The notes under the pieces were generated by a model, which saw only the letters and a list, made by a program, of their open reading frames with translations, ran no database searches and was not told the origin of the DNA. Both the position numbers and the translations under genes were made by a program. From Macrostomum lignano (lineage: Eukaryota): a stretch of DNA of 64,000 nucleotides. Where the stretch lies: positions 400,932 to 464,931 of the forward strand of contig NIVC01000709.1 of NCBI GenBank assembly GCA_002269645.1, given 5' to 3'. Shown piece after piece: positions 1 to 11,497 of this stretch. The number at the start of each line of letters is the position of its first letter. Position 1 is the stretch's first letter.

Positions 1-739
1 ACTCCCTCTCTAGAATTCCCTTTCTAGAACTCCCTCTCTAGAATTCCCTCTCTACAATTCCCTCCAAAAACCTCCAGCTGAAAATCATCCTAAAAATTGC
101 CCCTGAGAATTCTCTCCCAAGAAGGCACCCAGCAAAAATTCAATAGGAGAATACCCCTAGTGAAAATTCCCTCGTTAAAAAATTCCTTCTGCTGAAAACT
201 CTGTGCTGAAAAATGAGCGCTTTTATCCTAAACAGTATTTTTGCGTAACCAGACACCAGAATTTTCAATAAAAAGAACGAATAATGCATACATATGAATT
301 TATTTTTTTGTTCAATCTCTTAAAACTTCATAATAATAATCCGGCCCGGCCCTCTCCTCTCTCCCTGTATTTCCGCTTCTCTCTTCTCTTCCCTCCTCTT
401 ATCTTTTCTCCTATTGATTTTCTCATGCCATCTCTCTCTCCTAACCTAACCGAAATCCTATTCTTAATGGTCCCTACAACAGATGTCAATGAAACCATGC
501 ATCGCTTTATTTGCAATGAATTTCCCTCAACGGGAAATTTTGGGCTGCGTCACAAAGTATTTGGATCAGGTCCCGGCCTTCCCAGAGACCATCATCCGTT
601 GACGTAAACTACCCTTCAGGCCGGGCCGCTGTTGGCAACCGTGAGATCGATAGCATCTCTAGATTGCCTTGGCCCCCGCACCCCAGGTGAGAGCCAGAGT
701 TCCTCACTGGACAAAGACAGTCGCTATATACCTACTCAG

Positions 740-1015
740 CTGTGAAGGCTTGTATGAGGGTGCAGCTATTGTATCTGGCTGAGATTCTCAACGTGTCTGC
801 GTTAAAATTTCGCGGCTCTCCGAAATCTTTGCAATGCCTTTTCATTTTTTTGAGGGTGTGGGAAAATCTACAATTGTTGTTCTGAAGTTCTTGTCCTTCA
901 TCGCTACGACTCTGGGTTTGCTCAGAACGAAGCCTAAATATGGAACCTTATCTGCAGCACGCGCTGCTTTCTTGCGCAGTGTTTAAACACTTCCATGAGG
1001 CCCTCTGCACTTCGT
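740..1015 (-). pseudogene. Degenerate Ty3/Gypsy LTR-retrotransposon pol (RT thumb/connection) fragment
   Basis: Minus-strand translation across frameshifts and stops gives GLMEVFKHC.., ..DKVPYLGFVLSKPRVVAMKDK..TIVDFPTPSK and RHVENLSQI. These resemble the Gypsy RT pattern HL.EVF.RL / V.YLGH.IS..G+...P.K+.AI..FP.P / RRF+.NFS.I. No LTRs seen. Confidence 0.5.
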
Positions 1016-1265
1016 CGAGCGTGCTAGCTGTTGCCTACTCATAAATGATACTATAAGTAGAGTAAATCAGACAGTAGCAGTAAAATTGAAACTATAAATC
1101 ATGTTATTATTGAATGATGTAAGAGACCAACCATGATTAACTTTTATAGTGTAAACAATGAATGACATCAAAAAGGTAAAAAGTGTCTCCACGTCCACTG
1201 CGTTCGCTTCCTTCACAATGCTGGGCTGCACACCACTAATTTTACTCGGCAAGAGCTCAGAATTC

Positions 1266-1287
1266 ACTAACTAACTAACTAACTAAT

Positions 1288-1332
<45 letters not shown>

Positions 1333-1473
1333 GACTAACTAACTAACTAACTAACTGACTAACTGACTGACTAACTAACTAACTAACTAACTAACTAAGT
1401 AACTAACTGACTGACTAACTAACTAAGTAACTAACAAACTAAGTAACTAACTAACAAACTAACTAACTGACTG

Positions 1474-1512
<39 letters not shown>

Positions 1513-1565
1513 GACTGACTAACTAACAAACTAACAAACTAACAAACTAACTAACTAACCAACTG

Positions 1566-1628
<63 letters not shown>

Positions 1629-1629
1629 G

Positions 1630-1690
<61 letters not shown>

Positions 1691-1749
1691 GTAACTAGCT
1701 AAGTACCTAACAAACTAAGTAACTAACTAACAAACTAACTAACTGACTG

Positions 1750-1792
<43 letters not shown>

Positions 1793-1835
1793 GACTGACT
1801 AACTAACAAACTAACAAACTAACAAACTAACAAAC

Positions 1836-1875
<40 letters not shown>

Positions 1876-1881
1876 CAACTG

Positions 1882-1944
<63 letters not shown>

Positions 1945-1945
1945 G

Positions 1946-2004
<59 letters not shown>

Positions 2005-2029
2005 GACTAATTAACTAACTGACTAACTG

Positions 2030-2088
<59 letters not shown>

Positions 2089-2149
2089 GACTAACTAACT
2101 AACTAACTAACAAACTAACTGACTAACTAACTAACTGACTAACTGACTG

Positions 2150-2195
<46 letters not shown>

Positions 2196-2225
2196 CAACT
2201 GACTAACTAACTAACTAACTAACTG

Positions 2226-2283
<58 letters not shown>

Positions 2284-2341
2284 AAACTAAGTAACTAACT
2301 AACTAATTAACCAAATAACTAACTGACTAACTAACTAACTG

Positions 2342-2380
<39 letters not shown>

Positions 2381-2489
2381 GACTGACTAACTAACAAACT
2401 AACAAATTAACAAACTAACAAACTAACAAACTAACTAACTAACTGACTAACTAACTAACTAACTAACTAACTAACCAATTAACTAACTG

Positions 2490-2520
<31 letters not shown>

Positions 2521-2567
2521 GACGGACTAACTAACAAACTAACAAACTAACAAACTAACAAACTAAC

Positions 2568-2627
<60 letters not shown>

Positions 2628-2662
2628 CAATTAACTAACTGACTAACTAACTAACTAACTAC

Positions 2663-2699
<37 letters not shown>

Positions 2700-2720
2700 C
2701 AATCAACTAACTGACTAACC

Positions 2721-2788
<68 letters not shown>

Positions 2789-2807
2789 GACTAACTAACT
2801 AACTAAT

Positions 2808-2876
<69 letters not shown>

Positions 2877-2885
2877 GACAAACTT

Positions 2886-2968
<83 letters not shown>

Positions 2969-3009
2969 GACTAACTGACTAACTGACTAACTAACTAACT
3001 AACTAACTG

Positions 3010-3052
<43 letters not shown>

Positions 3053-3079
3053 GACTAACTAACTAACTAATTAACTAAT

Positions 3080-3123
<44 letters not shown>

Positions 3124-3137
3124 CAATTAACTAACTG

Positions 3138-3183
<46 letters not shown>

Positions 3184-3197
3184 CAATTAACTAACTG

Positions 3198-3275
<78 letters not shown>
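1266..3275. repeat. (ACTA)n tetranucleotide microsatellite, ~2 kb, with ACTG/ACAA/ATTA variants
   Basis: Direct reading: ctaactaactaact... for about 2,000 bp. Confidence 0.98.
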
Positions 3276-3700
3276 GAATTAAATAACGAAATAATTAACT
3301 CCCTGGTCCACAATAGCCTGTCGCTCGTGCATGGATCTGTGCCCGCGACCTTTCTCTGTGCCCGTGAGATTCAGGCGCACTACTGGCGAACACACGTGCA
3401 GGGCGCAGAGTAGCGCAGTACACACGCTTGGCAAGGAGAAGTCTGGATTGCCGTCCACTCTGTGTGCACGTGCGCGAGCGTGGGAGGCGTGGGAAGACTC
3501 ATTCAGCCAGCTGGCAATGAAAGTGCAGATGCGAATCGGATGGCAACACTACCGTCACTAAGGCGTCACTACCAATGTCATCTCGAAATTAATAAATTAA
3601 ATTGATTTTGGCTGCTGGCAGACAGCATCATTAGGGGGGGGGCTCGAGGTTCAACAAGTCCGTCTGGCCGGGTTCCCTACAAACGCGAAAACATGCCGCC

Positions 3701-4050
3701 AGAAACCCAGTCCTAACCCAAGCGTCAGTAGAAACCCAGTCCTAACCCAAGCGTCAGTAGAAACCCAGCCCTAACCCAAGCGTCAGTAGAAACCCAGCCC
3801 TAACCCAAGCGTCAGTAGAAACCCAGCCCTAACCCAAGCGTCAGTAGAAACCCAGCCCTAACCCAAGCGTCAGTAGAAACCCAGCCCTAACCCAAGCGTC
3901 AGTAGAAACCCAGCCCTAACCCAAGCGTCAGTAGAAACCCAGCCCTAACCCAAGCGTCAGTAGAAACCCAGCCCTAACCCAAGCGTCAGTAGAAACCCAG
4001 CCCTAACCCAAGCGTCAGTAGAAACCCAGCCCTAACCCAAGTGTCAGTAG
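3701..4050. repeat. 29-bp minisatellite (AGAAACCCAGCCCTAACCCAAGCGTCAGT), ~12 copies
   Basis: Period 29 verified (agcgtcagta at 3721 and 3750). The unit contains CCCTAACCC. Confidence 0.95.
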
Positions 4051-4140
4051 TTGAACAACTAGCAGCCAGATCCCTCCCGTCACAACAGAAGTGTTTTTAA
4101 TATCTTAATTGAAATTCTGTGCTGTACAGCAGGTAAGTCC

Positions 4141-4935
4141 CGGCTCACACTGCACCTGCAGCAAAAGCCACATCTCACACCAACACCTCAGCTCACACTG
4201 CACCTGCAGCAAAAGCCACATCTCACACCAACCCGAACTGACACCCCAGCTCCCACTGCACCTGCAGCAATAGCCACATCTCACACCAACACCTCAGCTC
4301 CCACTGCACCTGCAGCAATAGCCACATCTCACACCAACACCTCAGCTCCCACTGCACCTGCAGCAATAGCCACATCTCACACCAACACCTCAGCTCCCAC
4401 TGCACCTGCAGCAAAAGCCACATCTCACACCAACACCTCAGCTCACACTGCACCTGCAGCAAAAGCCACATCTCACACCAACACCTCAGCTCACACTGCA
4501 CCTGCAGCAATAGCCACATCTCACACCAACACCTCAGCTCCCACTGCACCTGCAGCAAAAGCCACATCTCACACCAACACCTCAGCTCACACTGCACCTG
4601 CAGCAAAAGCCACATCTCACACCAACACCTCAGCTCACACTGCACCTGCAGCAATAGCCACATCTCACACCAACACCTCAGCTCCCACTGCACCTGCAGC
4701 AAAAGCCACATCTCACACCAACCCGAACTGGCACCTCAGCTCCCACTGCACCTGCAGCAAAAGCCACATCTCACACCAACACCTCAGCTCCCACTGCACC
4801 TGCAGCAAAAGCCACATCTCACACCAACACCTCAGCTCCCACTGCACCTGCAGCAAAAGCCACATCTCACACTAACCCGAACTGACACCTCAGCTCACAC
4901 TGCACCTGCAGCAAAAGCCACATCTCACACCAACC
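4141..4935. repeat. 48-bp minisatellite, ~16 copies, in the putative first intron of the PAN/Gly-rich gene
   Basis: Unit CACCTCAGCTCACACTGCACCTGCAGCAAAAGCCACATCTCACACCAA. It starts just after an AG|GTAAGT donor at 4133 and ends just before the acceptor at 4951. Confidence 0.95.
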
Positions 4936-4951
4936 CGAGCTGACGCCTCAG

Positions 4952-6334
4952 CGAGTTCGGCAAAGGCTGGCATCACCGGGCTGCACCTGCACGCGGGTCC
5001 GCCAAGGCCGCAGAAGAGGCCGCAGGCAAGTCGCTGGGCCACTGCGCCGCTCTCTGCGTCAAGCTGCAGTGCGCGCTGCTCAGCTTCAACCAGAGGGCCC
5101 GCCTCTGCCAGCTGGTGCACTTCTATCAGACCGACGGCTGCAGCCGGGACGGAGCAACCGTGGGAGGCGCTGAAGGCGACGAGGTGTGGGTGACTGAGCA
5201 GTTCCGAGTGCTGATGAGACAGCAGACGGAGGTCTCCACGGCTGCTCCGCAGCAGGTGGTGGCCAACGACACGCAGTTCCTCAGTGAGTGAGAAAGTGGA
5301 CCTGCTTCGCCCCCCACCCCGACACTTTGCAGACCCGCACGAAGGTTTCGCAGGGTCCGTGCGGCCCCACCCCGACACTTTGCAGACCCGCACGAAGGTT
5401 CCGCAGGGTCCGTGCGGCCCCACCCCGACACTTTGCAGACCCGCACGAAGGTTCCGCAGGGTCCGTGCGGCCCCACCCCGACACTTTGCAGACCCGCACG
5501 ATGGTCCCGCAGGGTCCGTGCGGCCCCACCCCGACACTGCAGACCCGCACGAAGGTTTCGCAGGGTCCGTGCAGGCCGCCGCCGTGCCGCAGACCGGCTG
5601 CTACCGCATCGAAGCGCTCGGAGCCAGCGGCGGCTTCATCAACTGCCAGACCGTCGACCCCGAGCCAGAGCTGTACGAAGGAGGTCGCGGTGCCCGCATC
5701 GCCGGGTTCTTCAAACTCTCGGCCGGCACCGTGCTGACCGTTGTTGTTGGCCAGCGGGGCAGGAGCAGCTCGCATGCCAGCCCGGCCTGCTCTGACAACT
5801 GCGTGTCCAGCGGAGGCGGAGGCTCCTTCGTGTACACCGAGGTGGAGCTGCTCCTGGCTGCTGGTGGCGGAGGAGGCGCAGCGGTGTACTTTGCAGGTAA
5901 CAGCCAAGGGTCACGTGCGAGTTCTTGAACAACCTGTGTGCGCAGGGGCCTGGACCGGTGCTCGAACCCCCCCCCAACCCACCGCAGGCATCGACGGTCA
6001 GGGCGGACCGAACGGCACCGACTCCACCGGCATGAACTTCCTGGGCCGGCTGGGTCCTCAGCTCGAGCGCCCGGGGACTCGGCGGCGGAAACCGCGGCGA
6101 CGGCTGGGTCGGCGGCGGCAACACCGGGGCTTCGGCGGTGGAGGCGGCGGATTCCAGACGACATCCTCTGTCGGCGCTAGCGGCGGCGGCTTCGACAGCG
6201 GCCAGGCGGGAGGCGGCGGCGGCTCCTTCTGCGCCGGCGGTCGCTGCAACGCCACCAGCGGCGGCAACTCGGCCGAGTCGCACGGTCGGGTCCTGGTGGC
6301 GCCAGTCGGGTCCCACGAATGCGACAGAGCCTGA
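4952..6334 (+). CDS. PAN/Apple-domain plus ALK/LTK-type glycine-rich-domain protein, no kinase; exons 4952-5283, 5543-5896, 5988-6334; 5' exon unresolved
   Basis: Exon 4952-5283 reads SLGHCAALCVKLQCALLSFNQRARLCQL (PAN/Apple Cys pattern). Exon 5543-5896 reads VPQTGCYRIEALGASGG..GGRGARIAGFFKLSAGTVLTVVVGQRG..GGGGSFV..LLLAAGGGGG, the hallmark of the ALK/LTK Gly-rich domain. The last exon has GFGGGGGG..GGGGGSF. Both introns are GT-AG and phase 1 (donors 5284, 5897; acceptors 5542, 5987). Stop at 6332-6334. Confidence 0.75.
5311..5572 (+). repeat. 53-bp tandem repeat made of a duplicated intron-acceptor/exon-start junction, ~5 copies
   Basis: Unit ...CCCCACCCCGACACTTTGCAG|ACCCGCACGAAGGTT(T/C)CGCAGGGTCCGTGC. 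AG|ACCC junctions give exon starts at 5333, 5386, 5439, 5492 and 5543. Confidence 0.93.
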
Positions 6335-6399
6335 CTTCAGTCAGGAAACGAGCTGCGGCTGTGCTTAAGAGACAGTAACGGCACTCACTGGCTTTAGTA

Positions 6400-7065
6400 G
6401 GCTGAAGCTACCCGCTGATGACTCCTTCAGTAGGCTGAAGATACCTGCTGATGACTCCTCTTTCAGTAGGCTGAAGATACCTGCTGATGACTCCTTCAGT
6501 AGGCTGAAGATACCTGCTGATGACTCCTTCAGTAGGCTGAAGATACCTGCTGATGACTCCTTCAGTAGGCTGAAGATACCTGCTGATGACTCCTTCAGTA
6601 GGCTGAAGATACCTGCTGATGACTCCTTCAGTAGGCTGAAGATACCTGCTGATGACTCCTTCAGTAGGCTGAAGATACCTGCTGATGACTCCTTCAGTAG
6701 GCTGAAGATACCTGCTGATGACTCCTTCAGTAGGCTGAAGATACCTGCTGATGACTCCTTCAGTAGGCTGAAGATACCTGCTGATGACTCCTTCAGTAGG
6801 CTGAAGATACCTGCTGATGACTCCTTCAGTAGGCTGAAGATACCTGCTGATGACTCCTTCAGTAGGCTGAAGATACCTGCTGATGACTCCTTCAGTAGGC
6901 TGAAGATACCTGCTGATGACTCCTTCAGTAGGCTGAAGATACCTGCTGATGACTCCTTCAGTAGGCTGAAGATACCTGCTGATGACCCTTCAGTAGGCTG
7001 AAGATACCTGCTGATGACCCTTCAGTAGGCTGAAGATACCTGCTGATGACTCCTTCAGTAGGCTG
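6400..7065. repeat. 33-bp minisatellite, ~20 copies, with internal inverted repeat CTTCAG-TAGG-CTGAAG
   Basis: Unit CTTCAGTAGGCTGAAGATACCTGCTGATGACTC; period 33 (6494 to 6527). Confidence 0.96.
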
Positions 7066-7404
7066 ACGCGGAAGCTAATATTAAAATTACAAAAATCAAA
7101 AGCACGATCAAGTCTGCCAATATCTTTTAGAGCAAAGTTTGTTCAAGAAACTGAATGGATATAATATAATGTGTTTATTAAAGGTGCAACTGCACTTCCC
7201 TCAACTGGATGCCACTCAAGTGCGAGCAGCTGTTTTCAAAAATGGAAGTGAAGGCAGACTTGCAGGAATAATATTTATTAAAATAAGGAAACGCTTCTGT
7301 GGGTGCAGGCGGCCAGCCCATATGCAAATAAAAAGTATAAAAACAAAGTACAGGTTCGCCCCCTCTTGAAATAAGAGGGTAAAAGACTGTTAGCTCTGTG
7401 GCTC

Positions 7405-8215
7405 ACTGGGTCGTGTTAGTGGGTTCAATAGGTCAGTGTCAGTGGGTCACTGGGTCAGTGTCAGTGGGTCAATGGGTCAGTGTCAGTGGGTCAATGGGTC
7501 AGTGTCAGTGGGTCAATGGGTCAGTGTCAGTGGGTCAATAGGTCAGTGTCAGTGGGTCAATGGGTCAGTGTCAGTGGGTCAATGGGTCAGTGTCAGTGGG
7601 TCAATGGGTCAGTGTCAGTGGGTCAATAGGTCAGTGTCAGTAAGTCAAGGAGCCAGTGTCAGTAAGTCAAGGAGCCAGTGTCAGTAAGTCAAGGAGCCAG
7701 TGTCAGTAAGTCAAGGAGCCAGTGTCAGTAAGTCAAGGAGCCAGTGTCAGTAAGTCAAGGAGCCAGTGTCAGTAAGTCAAGGAGCCAGTGTCAGTAAGTC
7801 AAGGAGCCAGTGTCAGTAAGTCAAGGAGCCAGTGTCAGTAAGTCAAGGAGCCAGTGTCAGTAAGTCAAGGAGCCAGTGTCAGTAAGTCAAGGAGCCAGTG
7901 TCAGTAAGTCAAGGAGCCAGTGTCAGTAAGTCAAGGAGCCAGTGTCAGTAAGTCAAGGAGTCAGTGTCAGTAAGTCAAGGAGCCAGTGTCAGTAAGTCAA
8001 GGAGCCAGTGTCAGTAAGTCAAGGAGCCAGTGTCAGTAAGTCAAGGAGCCAGTGTCAGTAAGTCAAGGAGCCAGTGTCAGTAAGTCAAGGAGCCAGTGTC
8101 AGTAAGTCAAGGAGCCAGTGTCAGTAAGTCAAGGAGCCAGTGTCAGTAAGTCAAGGAGCCAGTGTCAGTAAGTCAAGGAGCCAGTGTCAGTAAGTCAAGG
8201 AGCCAGTGTCAGTGG
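7405..8215. repeat. Two abutting related 22-bp arrays (GTCAGTGTCAGTGGGTCAATGG, then GCCAGTGTCAGTAAGTCAAGGA)
   Basis: Direct reading; the unit switches at about 7640. Confidence 0.95.
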
Positions 8216-8719
8216 GTCAATTGGTCAGTGGGTCAGAGTTAGTGATTCAATGGGTGAGAGGGTCAGCGTTAGTAGGTCAATGGGTCAGTATTGCACACAA
8301 TCAAACAGCGGAGATCAAGAGGTCGATAAGCCCAGTACACCGTAGCTAGCTACTGTCAGTAGTCAGTCAAGCGCAGTCTACTTAAAGAAAAGTAAAAAAC
8401 AGGTACAAACTACAATTTATATCAGCAGTGGAAGCGCTAATTGCTTCAATTAAGTAGGCTGTCAAGTCAGTTAGCGATCAGGCAAAAGCTATAATCACCG
8501 CGCATCGTTGGAGTAATAAAACTAACCGTTTAAAAAGTCGATGCCGAAAAATCAAAGAAACAAAAAATAAGTTTATAAACTGATACACTACTGACAGTTA
8601 TGTACTTACTAGTAGGAAATATGGCACAAGTGGTGGCTGGAGAGTTCATTCAGTTTAGTAATGTAACTGATGTTTTGAGCACTTTGTTTAATAAATCAAG
8701 CAGCAAGCGCTTCGGTCTG

Positions 8720-9950
8720 TGAGTGGGACTCTGTTGTGGGATAGTGTATGGGAAGCTATGGTGTGGGACTCTATGGTGTGGGTCTCTATGGTGTGGGACT
8801 CTATGGTGTGGGACTCTATGGTGCGGGACTCTATGGTGTGGGACTCTATGGTGTGGGACTCTATGATGTGGGACTCTATGGTGCGGGACTCTATGGTGTG
8901 GGACTCTATGGTGTGGGACTCTATGATGTGGGACTCTATGGTGTGGGACTCTATGATGTGGGACTCTATGATGTGGGACTCTATGGTGTGGGACTCTATG
9001 ATGTGGGACTCTATGGTGTGGGTCTCTATGGTGTGGGACTCTATGGTGTGGGACTCTATGATGTGGGACTCTATGGTGTGGGACTCTTTGGTGTGGGACT
9101 CTATGGTGTTGGACTCTATGGTGCGGGACTCTATGGTGCGGGACTCTATGGTGTGGGACTCTATGGTGTGGGACTCTATGGTGTGGGACTCTATGGTGCG
9201 GGACTCTATGGTGTGGGACTCTATGGTGTGGGACTCTATGATGTGGGACTCTATGGTGCGGGACTCTATGGTGTGGGACTCTATGGTGTGGGACTCTATG
9301 GTGTGGGACTCTATGGTGTGGGACTCTATGATGTGGGACTCTATGATGTGGGACTATGGTGTGGGACTCTATGGTGTGGGACTCTATGGTGTGGGACTCT
9401 ATGATGTGAGACTATGGTGTGGGACTCTATGGTGTTGGACTCTATGGTGTGGACTCTATGGTGTGGGACTCTATGGTGTGGGACTCTATGGTGTGGGACT
9501 CTATGATGTGGGTCTCTATGGTGTGGGACTCTATGGTGTGGGACTCTATGGTGTGGGACTCTTTGGTGTGGGACTCTATGGTGCGGGACTCTATGGTGTG
9601 GGACTCTATGGTGTTGGACTCTATGGTGTGGGACTCTATGGTGTGGGACTCTATGGTGCTTTACTCTATGGTGTGGGACTCTATGATGTGGGACTCTATG
9701 GTGCGGGACTCTATGGTGTGGGACTCTATGGTGTGGGACTCTATGGTGTGGGTCTCTATGGTGTGGCACTCTATGATGTGGGACTATGGTGTGGGACTCT
9801 ATGGTGTGGGACTCTATGGTGTGGGACTCTATGGTGTGGGACTCTATGATGTGGGACTATGGTGTGGGACTCTATGGTGTGGGACTCTATGGTGTGGGAC
9901 TCTATGGTGTGGGACTCTATGGTGTGGGACTCTATGGTGTGGGACTCTAC
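8720..9950. repeat. 15-bp minisatellite (GGTGTGGGACTCTAT), ~80 copies
   Basis: Direct reading; explains the MVWDS/YGVGL pseudo-ORFs. Confidence 0.97.
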
Positions 9951-10174
9951 GGTGACTCCAGACGAAGCGGCAAATTCAGCATACAGAACAGAAGTGCATA
10001 AAATGAAGCTCAACCCGATAAAACAGAGGGAAACCCAGCAACGGAAACAAAACAAAGTCCAAAAGTTCAGAATTGCGTCACCAGTCTATAAATTAGAAAA
10101 TTTGCAGCAAGCTTAGCTGCTAACACCTGGTTTACCCTCAAACCTGGCCGAAATTTTTAATTCCTTGCTTGAGC

Positions 10175-10959
10175 TCAGTATACAAAATTCTTTGAGCTGT
10201 CGGAATTTCCACTGCCAAACTCCTCCGTGGGGAGCAGCTTGTAGGTGCTGTCGCTGCCGCCACCGCTGCCGCTGCCGCCGGAAGTCCGCCGGGCAGTGCC
10301 GGACCGGCGGCCCTCAACGATAAAGCCGACAATCTGAGGGATGATTTTGGGTCACCTGACTAACCGCACCAGATATGCTGGATTGATGAATTTGCTCGTA
10401 AATCTTTTTAATTTCGATGATTTTATTATTATATACTACTCAATTGTCATCAGTAGTAGAATTAGAAATTGTCTTGACATAAACGTGATAGTAAATTAAA
10501 TTTTCTAACTAATATCTCCCCATTCGCACCCATGGGCAGAATTGCCTTAGCACTGTTTGTGGGGCTTTTCTACAATATTATTAACTCTACTTAAACTTTC
10601 AAGCTTAACTTCCCTAATTCAATTCAAGAAGCCAAATTTGATGCCACAATGCCCTTCAAAACGCATAAAAGACAATAAACCGTCTGTTTTACTTTGAGAA
10701 AAGAATATTTTAGGCCGAGATGACAGAGAGTTTTTAAAATAAGAGTACTTCTTTATTGCGTTTCGAAGCGGCACTGGGCCTTCAAAAAAGTATCACGCCC
10801 TGTTTCCACCAGTAGCCCTTGGTTCGTTTCCCTACGCGGCCACGTTAATCTGCTGGTTCGGGGTCGCTTCACAAGCTCGAAATTTCATATCCTCGAAACT
10901 GTGGGTTAAGCTCAGACAGACAAACAGACAAACAGACAGACAGACAAACAGAAAGACAC

Positions 10960-10990
<31 letters not shown>

Positions 10991-11067
10991 GTCACTAAGA
11001 CAGACAGACAGACAGACAGACACACAGACAGACAGACAGATGGACAGACAGACAGACAGACAGACAC

Positions 11068-11113
<46 letters not shown>

Positions 11114-11133
11114 GAACAGAAAGACACACAGGC

Positions 11134-11180
<47 letters not shown>

Positions 11181-11193
11181 AAGACACACAGGC

Positions 11194-11260
<67 letters not shown>

Positions 11261-11381
11261 AAGACAGACAGACAGACAGACAGACAGAAAGACACACAGA
11301 CAGACAGACAGACACACAGACAGACACAAAGACAGACACACAGACAGACAGACAGACACACAGACAGACAGACAGACACTA

Positions 11382-11442
<61 letters not shown>

Positions 11443-11452
11443 TTAGACACTA

Positions 11453-11497
<45 letters not shown>

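Noticed and set aside
5281-6368. Antisense and alternative-frame ORFs over GC-rich exons (also 28298-28816, 33556-33933, 50223-50849, 59210-59617)
   Set aside because: Shadow ORFs expected from high GC3 coding sequence; the motif-bearing frame is assigned elsewhere.
3701-7065. CRISPR-like appearance of the 29-, 48- and 33-bp repeats
   Set aside because: Units abut with no unique spacers, there are no cas genes, and the context is eukaryotic.
8719-10116. YGVGL/MVWDS repeat ORFs resembling eggshell or structural proteins
   Set aside because: Several frames on both strands are open because of the 15-bp unit; no signal peptide or splice context.
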